Below are positions 44,146-54,351 of a stretch of 57,642 nucleotides of DNA, piece by piece. Location: IMG/VR virus record IMGVR_UViG_3300032093_000156, positions 1 through 57,642 of that record, one strand, 5' to 3'. Both the position numbers and the translations under genes were made by a program. Source of the DNA: a virus. Lineage: Duplodnaviria > Caudoviricetes. The notes beneath the pieces were generated by a model. It made no database searches. It saw only the letters and a program-made list of their open reading frames with translations, and had not been told where the DNA came from. The stretch's first letter is position 1. The number at the start of each line of letters is the position of its first letter.

Positions 44146-45570
44146 TTATCCTTTGAAGATAAAGAAGTTGTTAGCACCCATTGTACAAAGCGCACGCTCT
44201 GACAAGAAGTTGACTTCCATAGCATCAAGGTCGCTAGTTTGAGCACCACCAGCTGAACCAGTCATCCAAGTTTTGTAACGACGGTTTTCAGCTTCAGAAG
44301 CACGGTAACGAACGTGAAGGAATGGACGTTTTGCATTCTTACCAAGTACTTGATCGTAAACGCTCATTGTACCAGCAGGAACTAAAACACCATTGATAGC
44401 ACCACCAACGATGCCGCCACGAAGAGTTGCGTCGTTAAGGTATTTCCAATCAGTCTTGTAGAACTCATAACCACGACGGAAACCTGTGAATCCAAGATTC
44501 AAAGCCATTTCTTGGTTATTGTCAAACAAACCGTAAGAAGTACCACCAGCACCGTAAGAGTTTTGAGCAGCCAACATATCATCGATGTCAAAAGAGAACT
44601 GACGGTTCAAGAACAATACGTTCTCAGCGATAGCACCTTGCTTGTCCAAACGTTGTACAATTGTATCAAAGTCGCCCAAAGAAGATGGATTACCACCTGC
44701 CCAAACGTTACCACGAGATTCAATAGCAGCAAACATACCTTGAGTACCTGCATTGTAAGGCAATGTAGATCCAGCAGGGTAAGCAGCACTTCCTAATGCA
44801 GCAGCTGCACCTGAGTTAACTTCAGCAGGAACGCCTTCAACCATTGACATCTCAAGATAGTCTTCGTAACGTAGACGAGTCTCATGCTCAGACTTCATAT
44901 ACCAGTAGTATCCTGTAGCACCGTTTTCAGTAGTTACTTCAACCCAACCAATTTGAGCCATGTCAGAACCAGCAACAGTGTACTTGTCTTTGATGATGAT
45001 TGGTTTGTTATCGAAGAACAAATCTTGTGCTTCCAAAGATCCTTGCATACCGCTAGTACCTTTTTGGAATTCAGAACCGTAAACAAATGCAGTGAATGTA
45101 GCACCAGTGTCACCAGCAGCAATACCAGAAGCATTGTAGAAAGCAACAGTGAAACGATCAGATGCAGGAAGCGCAGTGATTACACCTTTGTAAGAAGATG
45201 TAGAAGATGCGTTGTTTGAAAGGAATACAGTTTGACCAATGCGGAAAACACAAGTTCCTGTACCGATATCAAAGACAACTGTATCGTCACCAGCAGTAGC
45301 ACCAACAGCAGTAACCGCAGTGTATTTAGTGTGAAGACGACCTTGCTCTGCCCATTTGATCAAGTCAGAGTTAGTAGGAAGCTCGGCACCAACCATACGC
45401 AAGAAAGATGCGATTGAACGGTTACCATAGCGCTCGAATTCTTGCTCATAAGTATCAGGAAGATACTGATTCAAGAAGTCAAAGTTAGTAATGTAGTTTG
45501 TAGGCAATGTTGCCTTAACGGAACTCGGAGTTAAATTTACACCCGGAGATACCTGTAATGTACCAGCCAT
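44146..45570 (-). CDS. Major capsid protein
   Basis: 474 aa, strongly biased codons, follows portal and scaffold, followed by a terminator. QYLPD..ERYGNR..WAEQGRLH pattern. Confidence 0.85.
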   Translation of the reverse strand: MAGTLQVSPGVNLTPSSVKATLPTNYITNFDFLNQYLPDTYEQEFERYGNRSIASFLRMVGAELPTNSDLIKWAEQGRLHTKYTAVTAVGATAGDDTVVFDIGTGTCVFRIGQTVFLSNNASSTSSYKGVITALPASDRFTVAFYNASGIAAGDTGATFTAFVYGSEFQKGTSGMQGSLEAQDLFFDNKPIIIKDKYTVAGSDMAQIGWVEVTTENGATGYYWYMKSEHETRLRYEDYLEMSMVEGVPAEVNSGAAAALGSAAYPAGSTLPYNAGTQGMFAAIESRGNVWAGGNPSSLGDFDTIVQRLDKQGAIAENVLFLNRQFSFDIDDMLAAQNSYGAGGTSYGLFDNNQEMALNLGFTGFRRGYEFYKTDWKYLNDATLRGGIVGGAINGVLVPAGTMSVYDQVLGKNAKRPFLHVRYRASEAENRRYKTWMTGSAGGAQTSDLDAMEVNFLSERALCTMGANNFFIFKG

Positions 45571-45575
45571 TTTTT

Positions 45576-46697
45576 CTAGTTTTTAGGTTTTTGTTTAATA
45601 ACTAATCTGTTACCGAAACCAGACTCTACGGCTCTTACTTGGAATGTTCCGTCAGTTTTGTTAGTTACCTGAGTGGCTTGACGAGTCATGTCAATATTTT
45701 TAGACTCTTTAGAAACTGTCTCAACAGCCTCTGTCATGCCTTTCTCATAGAAGAACTTTGCAAACTTTTCGGGATTCGAAGCAATCGCTATTGCTCGATG
45801 GAACGTCTCAGCATCCTTTAGGTAGCCATCTTCGTTTAAGAACTTATTTACAAAGTTACTTAATGAAGACTGCTCATTAAGGAGTGTCTTTGCATCTGCT
45901 GGCTTGAACGTTACTGCTTTATTCTCGTCAATATTAAATTTGAAACCTTCAAACTTATCAGAGAATAATTCATTCGTCTTCTCAGCGAAATACTTAGACC
46001 GCTTTTGTTGCTCCTCTTGCTCGCTAGTCGCGGTTTGTTTATATTGCTTATAAGATTCGTAAGCTTCTTTTTCTTCTTGCGGAACAAAGGATTCCCTTGA
46101 CTCAAGCGGAACCTTGTACTGTTCTTTAAGTTTATTAAAGTACTCACGAGCCTTAGTCAGCTCTTTTTTTCTCTCTAACTTTACCTTTTTAATATGCTTC
46201 TCATCATCAAAGTCTTCATCGTATGAAAACTTGGACTCTAATTCGAACCTAACCTCATCAGCATCAAGCTCTGGGTTTTGATCTTTAGCGTATTGATAAA
46301 GTAGAGAATCTTCGTCCATGGCACTGTAGTCGACATTCAACTTCATGAAGTCTTCAATACCACGTCCTGTTTCTCTTTTGTATTTTAGGAACGCAGACAC
46401 ATCTTCAGGTAGTTCTTCAGCTTGTTCGCGCTCTTGAACTAATTCATCCAAAGATGTAATTTCTTTGTTCCATCTTTTACCAAGATATGAAAGAACTTTA
46501 TTATCATCTAGATCTGGTTCTACCGGATCTGGTTCTAATTGTTGGTCTTCTGCTGGTTGTTGATCTTGCGATAAGTCAATCTTAACTGTATCTTGATCAC
46601 CGCTATGATCTTCTAAACCATCAAGAAGCTCTGCTTCTTTTTCGGCTACAGACTTCTCTTCGAAATCTACAGCTCTCACTTTAAATTCACCTTCCAT
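45576..46697 (-). CDS. Acidic scaffolding-like protein
   Basis: 373 aa, acidic N-terminus and coiled coils, between portal and capsid genes. -7 box CAAAGTTA at 46714-46721. Confidence 0.65.
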   Translation of the reverse strand: MEGEFKVRAVDFEEKSVAEKEAELLDGLEDHSGDQDTVKIDLSQDQQPAEDQQLEPDPVEPDLDDNKVLSYLGKRWNKEITSLDELVQEREQAEELPEDVSAFLKYKRETGRGIEDFMKLNVDYSAMDEDSLLYQYAKDQNPELDADEVRFELESKFSYDEDFDDEKHIKKVKLERKKELTKAREYFNKLKEQYKVPLESRESFVPQEEKEAYESYKQYKQTATSEQEEQQKRSKYFAEKTNELFSDKFEGFKFNIDENKAVTFKPADAKTLLNEQSSLSNFVNKFLNEDGYLKDAETFHRAIAIASNPEKFAKFFYEKGMTEAVETVSKESKNIDMTRQATQVTNKTDGTFQVRAVESGFGNRLVIKQKPKN

Positions 46698-46729
46698 TTA
46701 ATTAAATTTTCAACAAAGTTAATAATTAT

Positions 46730-49153
46730 TTATTTAGGCCCGAATGACTCTAAATCGAAGCCATCTAGGGAATCCTCTGTACTCTCAAAGTTTTGCGGAG
46801 GCAGGTTGTTTTGTCGTTGGTTAATAAGTTCAGACTGACGTGTAGCCTGTAGGTCTACTCGCTTATCTTTTGCCTTTTCTTTTTCAGCCTCACGATCTTT
46901 TAATGTTTGCATCTGCATGCCATTAAGTTGCATGTTGTATTGGAACTCAATAGCCATTAATTCTTTCTTGAGTTCAGACTCAGCTTGCATTTTTTGGATT
47001 TCACCTTGAACTTCCATCTGCTTGATCTGCGCTTTGGTTTGACCTTCCAATTGAATGATCTGCGCCTTGGCTTCAGAAGCTGCTTGAGAAGATTGAATGT
47101 TTGTCTGCATCTGCATTTGGAACTCCATCTCCTTCTCTTTCTGCTTTTGCTCCATTCGCTTACGACGCTTCATCTTAAGCATCTCATTGGCAAGCTTAAC
47201 ATTGTTGATCATACGGATATCAATTGCATCCTCAAGATCAATCGTTTGCTGCTGTAGTGCCATTTGAATGTTTTGCTCAAGCTGAGCTTTTTGCTCTTCA
47301 TCTGGAGCTACCTCAATAAAGATACCAAAGTCATGTAGGTATAACTCATTAACGTCCTGTAAGATCGATAGGTTATACTTACCAATCTGCATAGCGAACT
47401 CTTCAGCAAAGTCAGAATACTCTAAGATGTCTGCAATACGTATAGAAATACACTCAGCTACACGTCTAGTTGTGATGATACCAGCATCTAAGATGTGGCG
47501 AGTAGCTGTGTTTGAGTTTAGTGCCGCAAGTTTTTGAACACCAACCAATGCATCTGGATGTGGTGTAGATGCATCACGCACCTCATTTACACCCGTCACA
47601 TCGCGGATCATATTTAAGTAGTGGTTGTAGTTACCGATAAGGGCAGCCATTTTAGCCTGACCACTATTTGTATTTAGCTCTTGGATAGGAATGCGAGCAT
47701 TATTGAACTCACCCTCTGTAGTATAAGATCGACCAATCACACTACCCGTTTGGAAGTATAGATTGAGCGCGTCCTCAGGATTGTATGCTGCACCTGTACC
47801 TAGGTCAACTTCATTAATACCATCGGCATCGATAAATACACCATCAGGAACAATGCGAGCCATAACCTGCTGTAGCTTCAAGTGTGTCAACTGAATCTGA
47901 TCAGCAAATGGAATCATGCGTCGAACTAACGACTCAATGTTTCCTTTATAGTAACGTGGAGCGTAAGCAATATAGTTTGGAAGTGCGCGCTGTGATGCAG
48001 ACTTAGGACGAACCATGTTCTTCATCATCTCCCACTTGATCATTATGTTTGATCCACCAACAAGAACACCTTCATACCAAACGTCGCGAACTGCTTCAAT
48101 TACCTCAAAGTATTCACCGTTTGGAGCCATGAACGTATCTTCTTTACGAATAACTCGCTCACCTCCGTTCTCAAGAATCTTCTTCTTCCAAACAAACTTC
48201 TTGTGTGTCTTGTAATTAAAATACAATAACGTTACAACCTCATTCAAGAATGCATCATCTTGGTAGTTTCTAACTACAGGGAAGTAGTCATACCATGCTG
48301 ATCCAGCATTCTTAATTTCAGTAAGCTCCTCATCTGTTAGATTTGGATTCATTTTTAGAAGCTCAGTGTAATGCACCTGCTTAACCTCACCAAAATAAAA
48401 ACAATCTGAGAAGTCATTCTTTTCTGTATAGCTGTGAATCCAGTTTGCTGGATCTACATACTCAACTTTTACGCCGTCGTTAATTAAGAACTCATGCTTA
48501 ACAACGCCAAGACCGAGAGTAGTAACGTCATAATAGTAGAGACGAAGTGTATCTTCGTACTCATTCATTTTCATGACAGTGTCAATAGCAATCTCTTCGG
48601 CAATTTCGACAGATGGTTTGTAGTTCATCTGCATGTACAATGACAACTCCTGATCATTTGCAGGTAACTCATCAGGATTAACATTGAAAGCATCAATGCC
48701 AAACTGCTCCTGCGTAAGTGTAAGGAAGTCCTTAGCAACCATATCAGCCTCGATCATATCCTGGAAGATATTCTTCTTCTCTGCAGACATTACATCTTGA
48801 GCTTCAGCTTTTACAGTATATGGTCGGTCTATCATTCCGTTTACGACAACGTCAACAAACTTAGGGATGATAGGAACAGGAGTCCAGTCTAGGTTGAGCA
48901 TAGATATGTCACCATTGACGGCAAGCTCATCTTTATACTTTTGTACTGGTTGCTCTCCACGAGCGTATAGTCTCAAACGGTGGAATTCACCCCACTGTTG
49001 ATAAAATCTACTTGAGTTTGATTTCCTCTTAAACCACTCTCCTTCGATGGCTTTACCTACCTTTAGACCATATTCATATGTAGCCTTAACCTCGTCTGGA
49101 GCCATCTGGTCCGGGAAAGGTAGTGCAGAGATAACAACTGATGGTTTATCCAT
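46730..49153 (-). CDS. Portal protein
   Basis: 807 aa right after the terminase. LRLYARGEQ, PIIPKFVDVVVNG, Q-rich C-terminal barrel-like coiled coil. Confidence 0.85.
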   Translation of the reverse strand: MDKPSVVISALPFPDQMAPDEVKATYEYGLKVGKAIEGEWFKRKSNSSRFYQQWGEFHRLRLYARGEQPVQKYKDELAVNGDISMLNLDWTPVPIIPKFVDVVVNGMIDRPYTVKAEAQDVMSAEKKNIFQDMIEADMVAKDFLTLTQEQFGIDAFNVNPDELPANDQELSLYMQMNYKPSVEIAEEIAIDTVMKMNEYEDTLRLYYYDVTTLGLGVVKHEFLINDGVKVEYVDPANWIHSYTEKNDFSDCFYFGEVKQVHYTELLKMNPNLTDEELTEIKNAGSAWYDYFPVVRNYQDDAFLNEVVTLLYFNYKTHKKFVWKKKILENGGERVIRKEDTFMAPNGEYFEVIEAVRDVWYEGVLVGGSNIMIKWEMMKNMVRPKSASQRALPNYIAYAPRYYKGNIESLVRRMIPFADQIQLTHLKLQQVMARIVPDGVFIDADGINEVDLGTGAAYNPEDALNLYFQTGSVIGRSYTTEGEFNNARIPIQELNTNSGQAKMAALIGNYNHYLNMIRDVTGVNEVRDASTPHPDALVGVQKLAALNSNTATRHILDAGIITTRRVAECISIRIADILEYSDFAEEFAMQIGKYNLSILQDVNELYLHDFGIFIEVAPDEEQKAQLEQNIQMALQQQTIDLEDAIDIRMINNVKLANEMLKMKRRKRMEQKQKEKEMEFQMQMQTNIQSSQAASEAKAQIIQLEGQTKAQIKQMEVQGEIQKMQAESELKKELMAIEFQYNMQLNGMQMQTLKDREAEKEKAKDKRVDLQATRQSELINQRQNNLPPQNFESTEDSLDGFDLESFGPK

Positions 49154-51372
49154 TATTCGATGATTTCGCTTCTAATGCCTGTATTCTTATATCTTACAAA
49201 TTTAACACTTATTTTAGATTCCTCTTTCTTAGGTATAAACAAGTGTTTTCTGGACGCCATAATCGCGAGTCCTGAGCTAATCGAAGCATCGTGTTTTGTC
49301 CTGTTATTAATATCAAATCGAGCCCAGTCATTCAATGTTCTATTAAAATACATATCTCCCATAGTGTCTGAGTCTCTATATGTTCCCTCTTGATCAAGGC
49401 CAACATACTCTTCAATATATGTGTTGATAGAGTTAGCGTGCGCATGCTTAACGTCTTCTGATGAGTTAGGTATGCCGCCAAGCTCTAGTTCTGTTTTTGA
49501 TAGCTTAGATATATGTTTGTCTGGCCTGTTTAAAGAGAATGCTCGGTATCCCCTGTTTTTGAAATGGTAGAGTAGTCGCTGCTTGTTGTTCTCAATAAGT
49601 ATAGGCATTCCGTAGAAATGACAAGCCATTAAAACATCCTCAAAAAATATCTCAGCAGTCTGAGGACGGGCAATATACTCTAAAAAGAAATGATTAGTTG
49701 GAGCGTTCTCCATATGAAACGAAGTTAATCCATGAAGTGCTCCGGCAGATCCACCACCTCCAACTACGCCTGATATATCATAAGGGTCACATCCAAACAC
49801 ACCGATATGTTCATTACCTGGTGATTTTCTCCCATTCTTCACAATCACTCTATTTCTCATAGCTTGTTCAGGAATCCATGAAACCAAGAATCTTCCGTTT
49901 GGATCAGGCGTCCAAATAACCTCACTGTCTTGCTCACCGTTTTTCCAATGGAAATAGCCTCTAGTAAGCACCTGATCTTTAATTAAAGAGTCATTATAGT
50001 CAATCTGTTGGTAAATTTTTGTCAGATTAAATAGTGATGACTTTGACTCATCACGAAACGCGTGTGACTCTGTGCGAGGGAACTGACGATAGAACTCATT
50101 GAGTGCATCTGAGTCAGTCTTAAGTGCAGCAACCTCATTATTCCAATAAGTAATAACACCCATTGTTATATCCTCGCCATCGATACCTAAGATTGGTTTC
50201 TTTGGATCATCAAGCACAGGCCATCCATACTCATCAATAAAGCCCTCCATGTTCCACTCCATGGGGATAAATAGACTGTAGAGCCCTGACTTTGTCTGAC
50301 CATTTGCAGATCGCTTGGTTGGGTCACTATCGTAGTATAACTTTTTAAAGTTCTCCCCACCTTTACTGAGTGCATTTGACGTAGAACCCATCATGCACTT
50401 GCCAATGATCTTAGAACCTAATCGTAAACACGTTTTAGTAACTCGCCAGTTGTTTAGAATGTTCTCAGGCTTTTCCCACTTACCACTCTCGTCATGAACA
50501 AGTAGAAGTAACTTCTCACCGTCATAGCTGTTGTCTGCTGTATTTTTCCAGTCAATGGTAGTATCTAACCCTTCTATGTCATCATCGCGCTCCTCATCCA
50601 TATTCTTGCGCGTAATCTTACTTGCAGGAACACGGAAGGCTAACTCCGTCTTCGGGTTATCCATACCGTCCTGGATCGGCTTGAAAAAGAAGGGGTAATT
50701 TCTAACGATAGGCACTACCTTATCGGTAAACATCTTCTTAGCATCGGCACCTGTCTTTGACAATATACCAATACGAGAGTCTCTAACAATTGTACCTGTG
50801 TTAGACGTCTCAGCTGAAGACATAAACGAGAAGCCAGAACGACGGTTCTTTAAGTAGCACATGCCAAATGATCTACTATCTGCTTTGGTAGCCTCCCAGA
50901 ATATAAAGAATATTCGATTGGACTCACGGAAGTCAGGAAGACCAACATCAATCTTGGTCCACTGTAAGTACATGTAGTGTGTTCCTGTAATATATGTTGG
51001 CTTACCATTGTTCTTAAACCAATAACCATACTCTCTTCGATCAAACTCAGTCTCGATCATATCGACATACTTAGACTTGAACGAATTGTCTCTACGGTTC
51101 CAATCAAATATTGATTTTATTTTTTGCAACTCAGCAGGATACTCTTGTGCAACCCATTTGTTGCCGCGGTCGTCTATATTTTTTGGAGTTGCCGGAACTG
51201 CGATCTTTAGACCATTTATCTCATAGATTTCGCCAATGGTTCCATCCTTAGATATAACAATAATATCATATTCCTTATTGTACCCATAATCCCAACTTTT
51301 CTTGCTATTCTTAGTAGTAAGAGCAGTCTTGTGAACATGGTCAGTGACTATACGGTACAGATTATTTTCCAT
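49153..51372 (-). CDS. terL: Terminase large subunit
   Basis: LKNRRSGFS (Walker A variant), VHDESGK (Walker B), GSTSN, nuclease GCDPYD, IENN, HDASI. Confidence 0.9.
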   Translation of the reverse strand: MENNLYRIVTDHVHKTALTTKNSKKSWDYGYNKEYDIIVISKDGTIGEIYEINGLKIAVPATPKNIDDRGNKWVAQEYPAELQKIKSIFDWNRRDNSFKSKYVDMIETEFDRREYGYWFKNNGKPTYITGTHYMYLQWTKIDVGLPDFRESNRIFFIFWEATKADSRSFGMCYLKNRRSGFSFMSSAETSNTGTIVRDSRIGILSKTGADAKKMFTDKVVPIVRNYPFFFKPIQDGMDNPKTELAFRVPASKITRKNMDEERDDDIEGLDTTIDWKNTADNSYDGEKLLLLVHDESGKWEKPENILNNWRVTKTCLRLGSKIIGKCMMGSTSNALSKGGENFKKLYYDSDPTKRSANGQTKSGLYSLFIPMEWNMEGFIDEYGWPVLDDPKKPILGIDGEDITMGVITYWNNEVAALKTDSDALNEFYRQFPRTESHAFRDESKSSLFNLTKIYQQIDYNDSLIKDQVLTRGYFHWKNGEQDSEVIWTPDPNGRFLVSWIPEQAMRNRVIVKNGRKSPGNEHIGVFGCDPYDISGVVGGGGSAGALHGLTSFHMENAPTNHFFLEYIARPQTAEIFFEDVLMACHFYGMPILIENNKQRLLYHFKNRGYRAFSLNRPDKHISKLSKTELELGGIPNSSEDVKHAHANSINTYIEEYVGLDQEGTYRDSDTMGDMYFNRTLNDWARFDINNRTKHDASISSGLAIMASRKHLFIPKKEESKISVKFVRYKNTGIRSEIIE

Positions 51373-51646
51373 TCTTCATCTTTGCTCTACCCTCAGCAAA
51401 ACCACTCTTTCCTAGAGTAACCTCAGCTATTGGAGTTTCAGATTGTTTGTTCTCCTCCTCATCAATCTTTAGAAGCATAAACATGGCATCCTCAAACGCC
51501 AAACGCTTAGCAGAGGCAGCATTTTTCATCTTATCGGCAGATATATCGTCCTCAGCATGTGTAATGATAGGTTGCTCAAGAACCTTGATCAGTTCATTTA
51601 TAGCCTTCTTACCAGCCTCTATGATTCTTATTTTTGTATCAGACAT
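51362..51646 (-). CDS. Small helical protein, possible terminase small subunit
   Basis: 94 aa directly upstream of terL, ADKMKNAA..GFAEGR. Confidence 0.5.
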   Translation of the reverse strand: MSDTKIRIIEAGKKAINELIKVLEQPIITHAEDDISADKMKNAASAKRLAFEDAMFMLLKIDEEENKQSETPIAEVTLGKSGFAEGRAKMKNGK

Positions 51647-52182
51647 AGGTTCTTATTATACATTCTATAGAGTAGTTGATTATCTATCCTAAACTCATAC
51701 TCACTATCTGGAGTAAAAGATACGACATCTCCTTTAGATACAAAATCATTACTAGGATAAACAACCTCACCCCACAACTCTTCGAATCCACCTATTGTGC
51801 TAAACACCTTATCCTCTGATGGTACAGGCTTAATGAACACAAATGGCTCAACGGCCTGCCAATCAGCATCACGCTTAAACGCATAGACCTGATCAAGCTC
51901 AGCTAAAAACATATCGTCCATGACGTAATTCCAGCTGCTCTTTTGACGGCCCTTCATGTCGTTATAGAACTTAAATACGTTGTGGTGAACTATGACGGTG
52001 TCTCCTGGTTGTACAGGACCGTTATAGTAAATAGGTGTTGCAATTACTTTTGCAAAACGATTAGAAGCCTTGTGGTCTTCTTGGGAGGAACTAATTACGA
52101 AGTCGGTATCACCAAACTTCTTAATGTTATCGTACCGCCTCAGACCAATTGGTTCTACAATGAAGCAGTATGGGGATTTCAT
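51628..52182 (-). CDS. Tandem GroES-like co-chaperonin
   Basis: Two units: FIVEP..AKVIATP..VQPGDTVIV and FVFIKP..GEVVY..VSKGDVVSF..YEFRIDNQLLYRM. Confidence 0.65.
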   Translation of the reverse strand: MKSPYCFIVEPIGLRRYDNIKKFGDTDFVISSSQEDHKASNRFAKVIATPIYYNGPVQPGDTVIVHHNVFKFYNDMKGRQKSSWNYVMDDMFLAELDQVYAFKRDADWQAVEPFVFIKPVPSEDKVFSTIGGFEELWGEVVYPSNDFVSKGDVVSFTPDSEYEFRIDNQLLYRMYNKNLCLIQK

Positions 52183-52403
52183 CAGTAGTCTATTTTATAC
52201 TCAATTGCAATTGGCATTGTTGGAGAGAAAGACTTCCATCGTATAATCTCTCCTTCCTTAATAATCCAAACACAGATACTACCATCTGATTCTACTCTGA
52301 TGGTATTAATCTTCCAAGTCTTATCGAGGATCTCCTGACCAACCATGTAGTGCATACACTTCATGTAATCAGGACCAATAGATATCTTTCTAATTATACT
52401 CAC
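52182..52403 (-). CDS. Conserved hypothetical protein
   Basis: IRKISIGPDY..MHYMVGQ..WKSF..MPIAIEY. Confidence 0.7.
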   Translation of the reverse strand: MSIIRKISIGPDYMKCMHYMVGQEILDKTWKINTIRVESDGSICVWIIKEGEIIRWKSFSPTMPIAIEYKIDY

Positions 52404-52626
52404 CTGTTAAAAGGTTTACCTGAACATCGCCATACTTATCATAGATCTCCTGCTGTGTGACAGAAAGATCCATAGTGGCTCCCTTAAGTTGTTCCATGGT
52501 TAAAGTCTTCTGCTCTTTAAGGCGCTCAAAAGACATTTCAATGTCAGCGACAGCGAACTTTAAATCGCGATACATTCTGTTGGCTGCGACTAATTTGTCG
52601 AGCTCTTCTTTTGTGATTTTATTCAT
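52390..52626 (-). CDS. Small coiled-coil protein (chaperone-like)
   Basis: KITKEEL..YDKYGDVQVNLLTGEY. Confidence 0.65.
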   Translation of the reverse strand: MNKITKEELDKLVAANRMYRDLKFAVADIEMSFERLKEQKTLTMEQLKGATMDLSVTQQEIYDKYGDVQVNLLTGEYN

Positions 52627-52632
52627 ATTATA

Positions 52633-53034
52633 TTAGATTGATATATACCAAGTTAAAAATGTATGGCTGTATTGCAAGCATACTGGTGTATTTGCCGTAA
52701 GTGTAGACGGTGCACCAACAACCGACGCGCCACTTGAAGACCAAGTTGTTGTTGCACGAGTAGCTGTTGACATAACAACATACTTAACGCCATCAAGATT
52801 TGAGCTAGCGGCTGGAAGAGTAACCGAAAAAGACGGTCCAGCTGTTCCAGTGAAGTACGTGTTTACGTTTGTCAACGTAGCGGCAGTTAGCGCATTTGTT
52901 ACGACAACTGAAGGAGATTGATTTAAAGCCAACAAAGCTGGTACGCTGAAATTAACAGTATTACCAGCAGCATTAGAACCAAATACTTTTGATCCTGTGC
53001 TTGGAGTTTCAGTGTTATAATTTTGTACTTTCAT
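52633..53034 (-). CDS. Small virion/fibre-like protein
   Basis: 133 aa, Thr/Ala/Ser-rich, SVTLPAAS..G..Y..W beta module. Confidence 0.65.
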   Translation of the reverse strand: MKVQNYNTETPSTGSKVFGSNAAGNTVNFSVPALLALNQSPSVVVTNALTAATLTNVNTYFTGTAGPSFSVTLPAASSNLDGVKYVVMSTATRATTTWSSSGASVVGAPSTLTANTPVCLQYSHTFLTWYISI

Positions 53035-53162
53035 CTTCCTTGGCCTTTATTTTTCTTTACGTAATTCTTAGAAGACTTTAACTTTGACGTTTTGCTTTTA
53101 GCATGAACGCCAGGGCGACTAACCTTAATATCCTTCTTGGCTGACTGTTCAATTTTCTTCAT
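53031..53162 (-). CDS. Small basic protein (43 aa)
   Basis: Read manually: MKKIEQSAKKDIKVSRPGVHAKSKTSKLKSSKNYVKKNKGQGR, with ATGA overlap with the next gene. Confidence 0.7.
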   Translation of the reverse strand: MKKIEQSAKKDIKVSRPGVHAKSKTSKLKSSKNYVKKNKGQGR

Positions 53163-53186
53163 GTAGCAAAGTTAACAAAAAAAATG

Positions 53187-53648
53187 TTACTTGTATGGAA
53201 CGTAAACAGTCTTACTTCCTGAACGCTTAGCAACAAGAATTTGTTTGCGTTGTTTACCGGTAGACTCATAACTAACATGAACCCAGTCAGGATTAGTATC
53301 TGTTCCAAATTCCCAAATCATTTGGTCAAACTCTAGATTGTCCTTGATGAAGTGGAAGATCTGAGCATTTGTAATGTCAGTACCATCCATGTCAATATCA
53401 ATCGCTTCACCCGTGCAATGTTGACTGGACAATGAGCCCCCAACCGCAGTATTTAAAGCTTTGCTTCTGTATCCAGATGAAATACGGATAGGCTTACCGA
53501 AGTGGTCACGGATTGGTTGAAAGACCTTCTCAGCCAACTTCTTAAAGTTCTCAATGTGTTCAGGTGTTGGCATATTGCTAATGCCTTTACGTTTTGCAGT
53601 TTCGCTACGAGTTACTTCTGACAATGCTAAATTTTTACTTAGTTGCAT
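53187..53648 (-). CDS. Peptidase M15A endolysin
   Basis: ISSGYRS..SQHCTGEAID..WVHVSY Zn ligands. Confidence 0.9.
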   Translation of the reverse strand: MQLSKNLALSEVTRSETAKRKGISNMPTPEHIENFKKLAEKVFQPIRDHFGKPIRISSGYRSKALNTAVGGSLSSQHCTGEAIDIDMDGTDITNAQIFHFIKDNLEFDQMIWEFGTDTNPDWVHVSYESTGKQRKQILVAKRSGSKTVYVPYK

Positions 53649-53651
53649 GTT

Positions 53652-54110
53652 TTATTTTTTAAAATATAATACTGACTCAGCCTCTCTTCTTCTGACGAGA
53701 CCCTTTAATGTTTTACCTCCTGCTTTAACCCACTTCATAAACTCTAATTTAATAGACTCATCTTCTGGATTGGCATTTACTTTCTTCAATAGAGTAGAAG
53801 ACTTTAAGTTAGCAGGACCTAGGTTGTAAGCAAACGACACCAACGCATCAAATTGATTTTGATTGATGTCATCTCTACAATAGCTGTCAACATACTTCTC
53901 AAAGCTAACGAGCATATGCTTAAGCAAATCTACAGCCTCAGCTTCAGTTATAGACTTATCAGCCATAGTTACCTTCTTGCCATTAGGATAGAATGTGGCT
54001 CCGTATCCAATGGTAGGGATACCTGCTGGACATTTGTATGGCGCTGATCTAAATCCTTCAAATACCTTGATAAGATCAATACCTGCTGTACCTGTCTTAG
54101 TTATCTTCAT
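53652..54110 (-). CDS. GH24 lysozyme endolysin
   Basis: FEG..YKCPAGIPTIGYG, QFDALVSFAYNLG, GLVRRREAE. Confidence 0.92.
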   Translation of the reverse strand: MKITKTGTAGIDLIKVFEGFRSAPYKCPAGIPTIGYGATFYPNGKKVTMADKSITEAEAVDLLKHMLVSFEKYVDSYCRDDINQNQFDALVSFAYNLGPANLKSSTLLKKVNANPEDESIKLEFMKWVKAGGKTLKGLVRRREAESVLYFKK

Positions 54111-54351
54111 TTTTATCTTTGTTTTTGAGTTTCATGATACGCCCGGCAGTTGTGATGCCAAACGCCCCCAAAGTTAGTAACATAAATCCATCAAAGATAA
54201 ACTTTTGGATTACTAGTTCGTTGCCAATGATTCCTGTAATGACATCTGTCATCAATACAAATACCATAGCAAAAAACGAGATGACACCAACAAAGGCTTG
54301 CTCATTAATTTGATTGTCGTCTGAGATCAACTCTCTGAAAAACTTTTTCAT
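54097..54351 (-). CDS. Two-TM holin-like protein
   Basis: Two hydrophobic helices and a basic tail, overlapping the lysozyme gene. Confidence 0.55.
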   Translation of the reverse strand: MKKFFRELISDDNQINEQAFVGVISFFAMVFVLMTDVITGIIGNELVIQKFIFDGFMLLTLGAFGITTAGRIMKLKNKDKNEDN

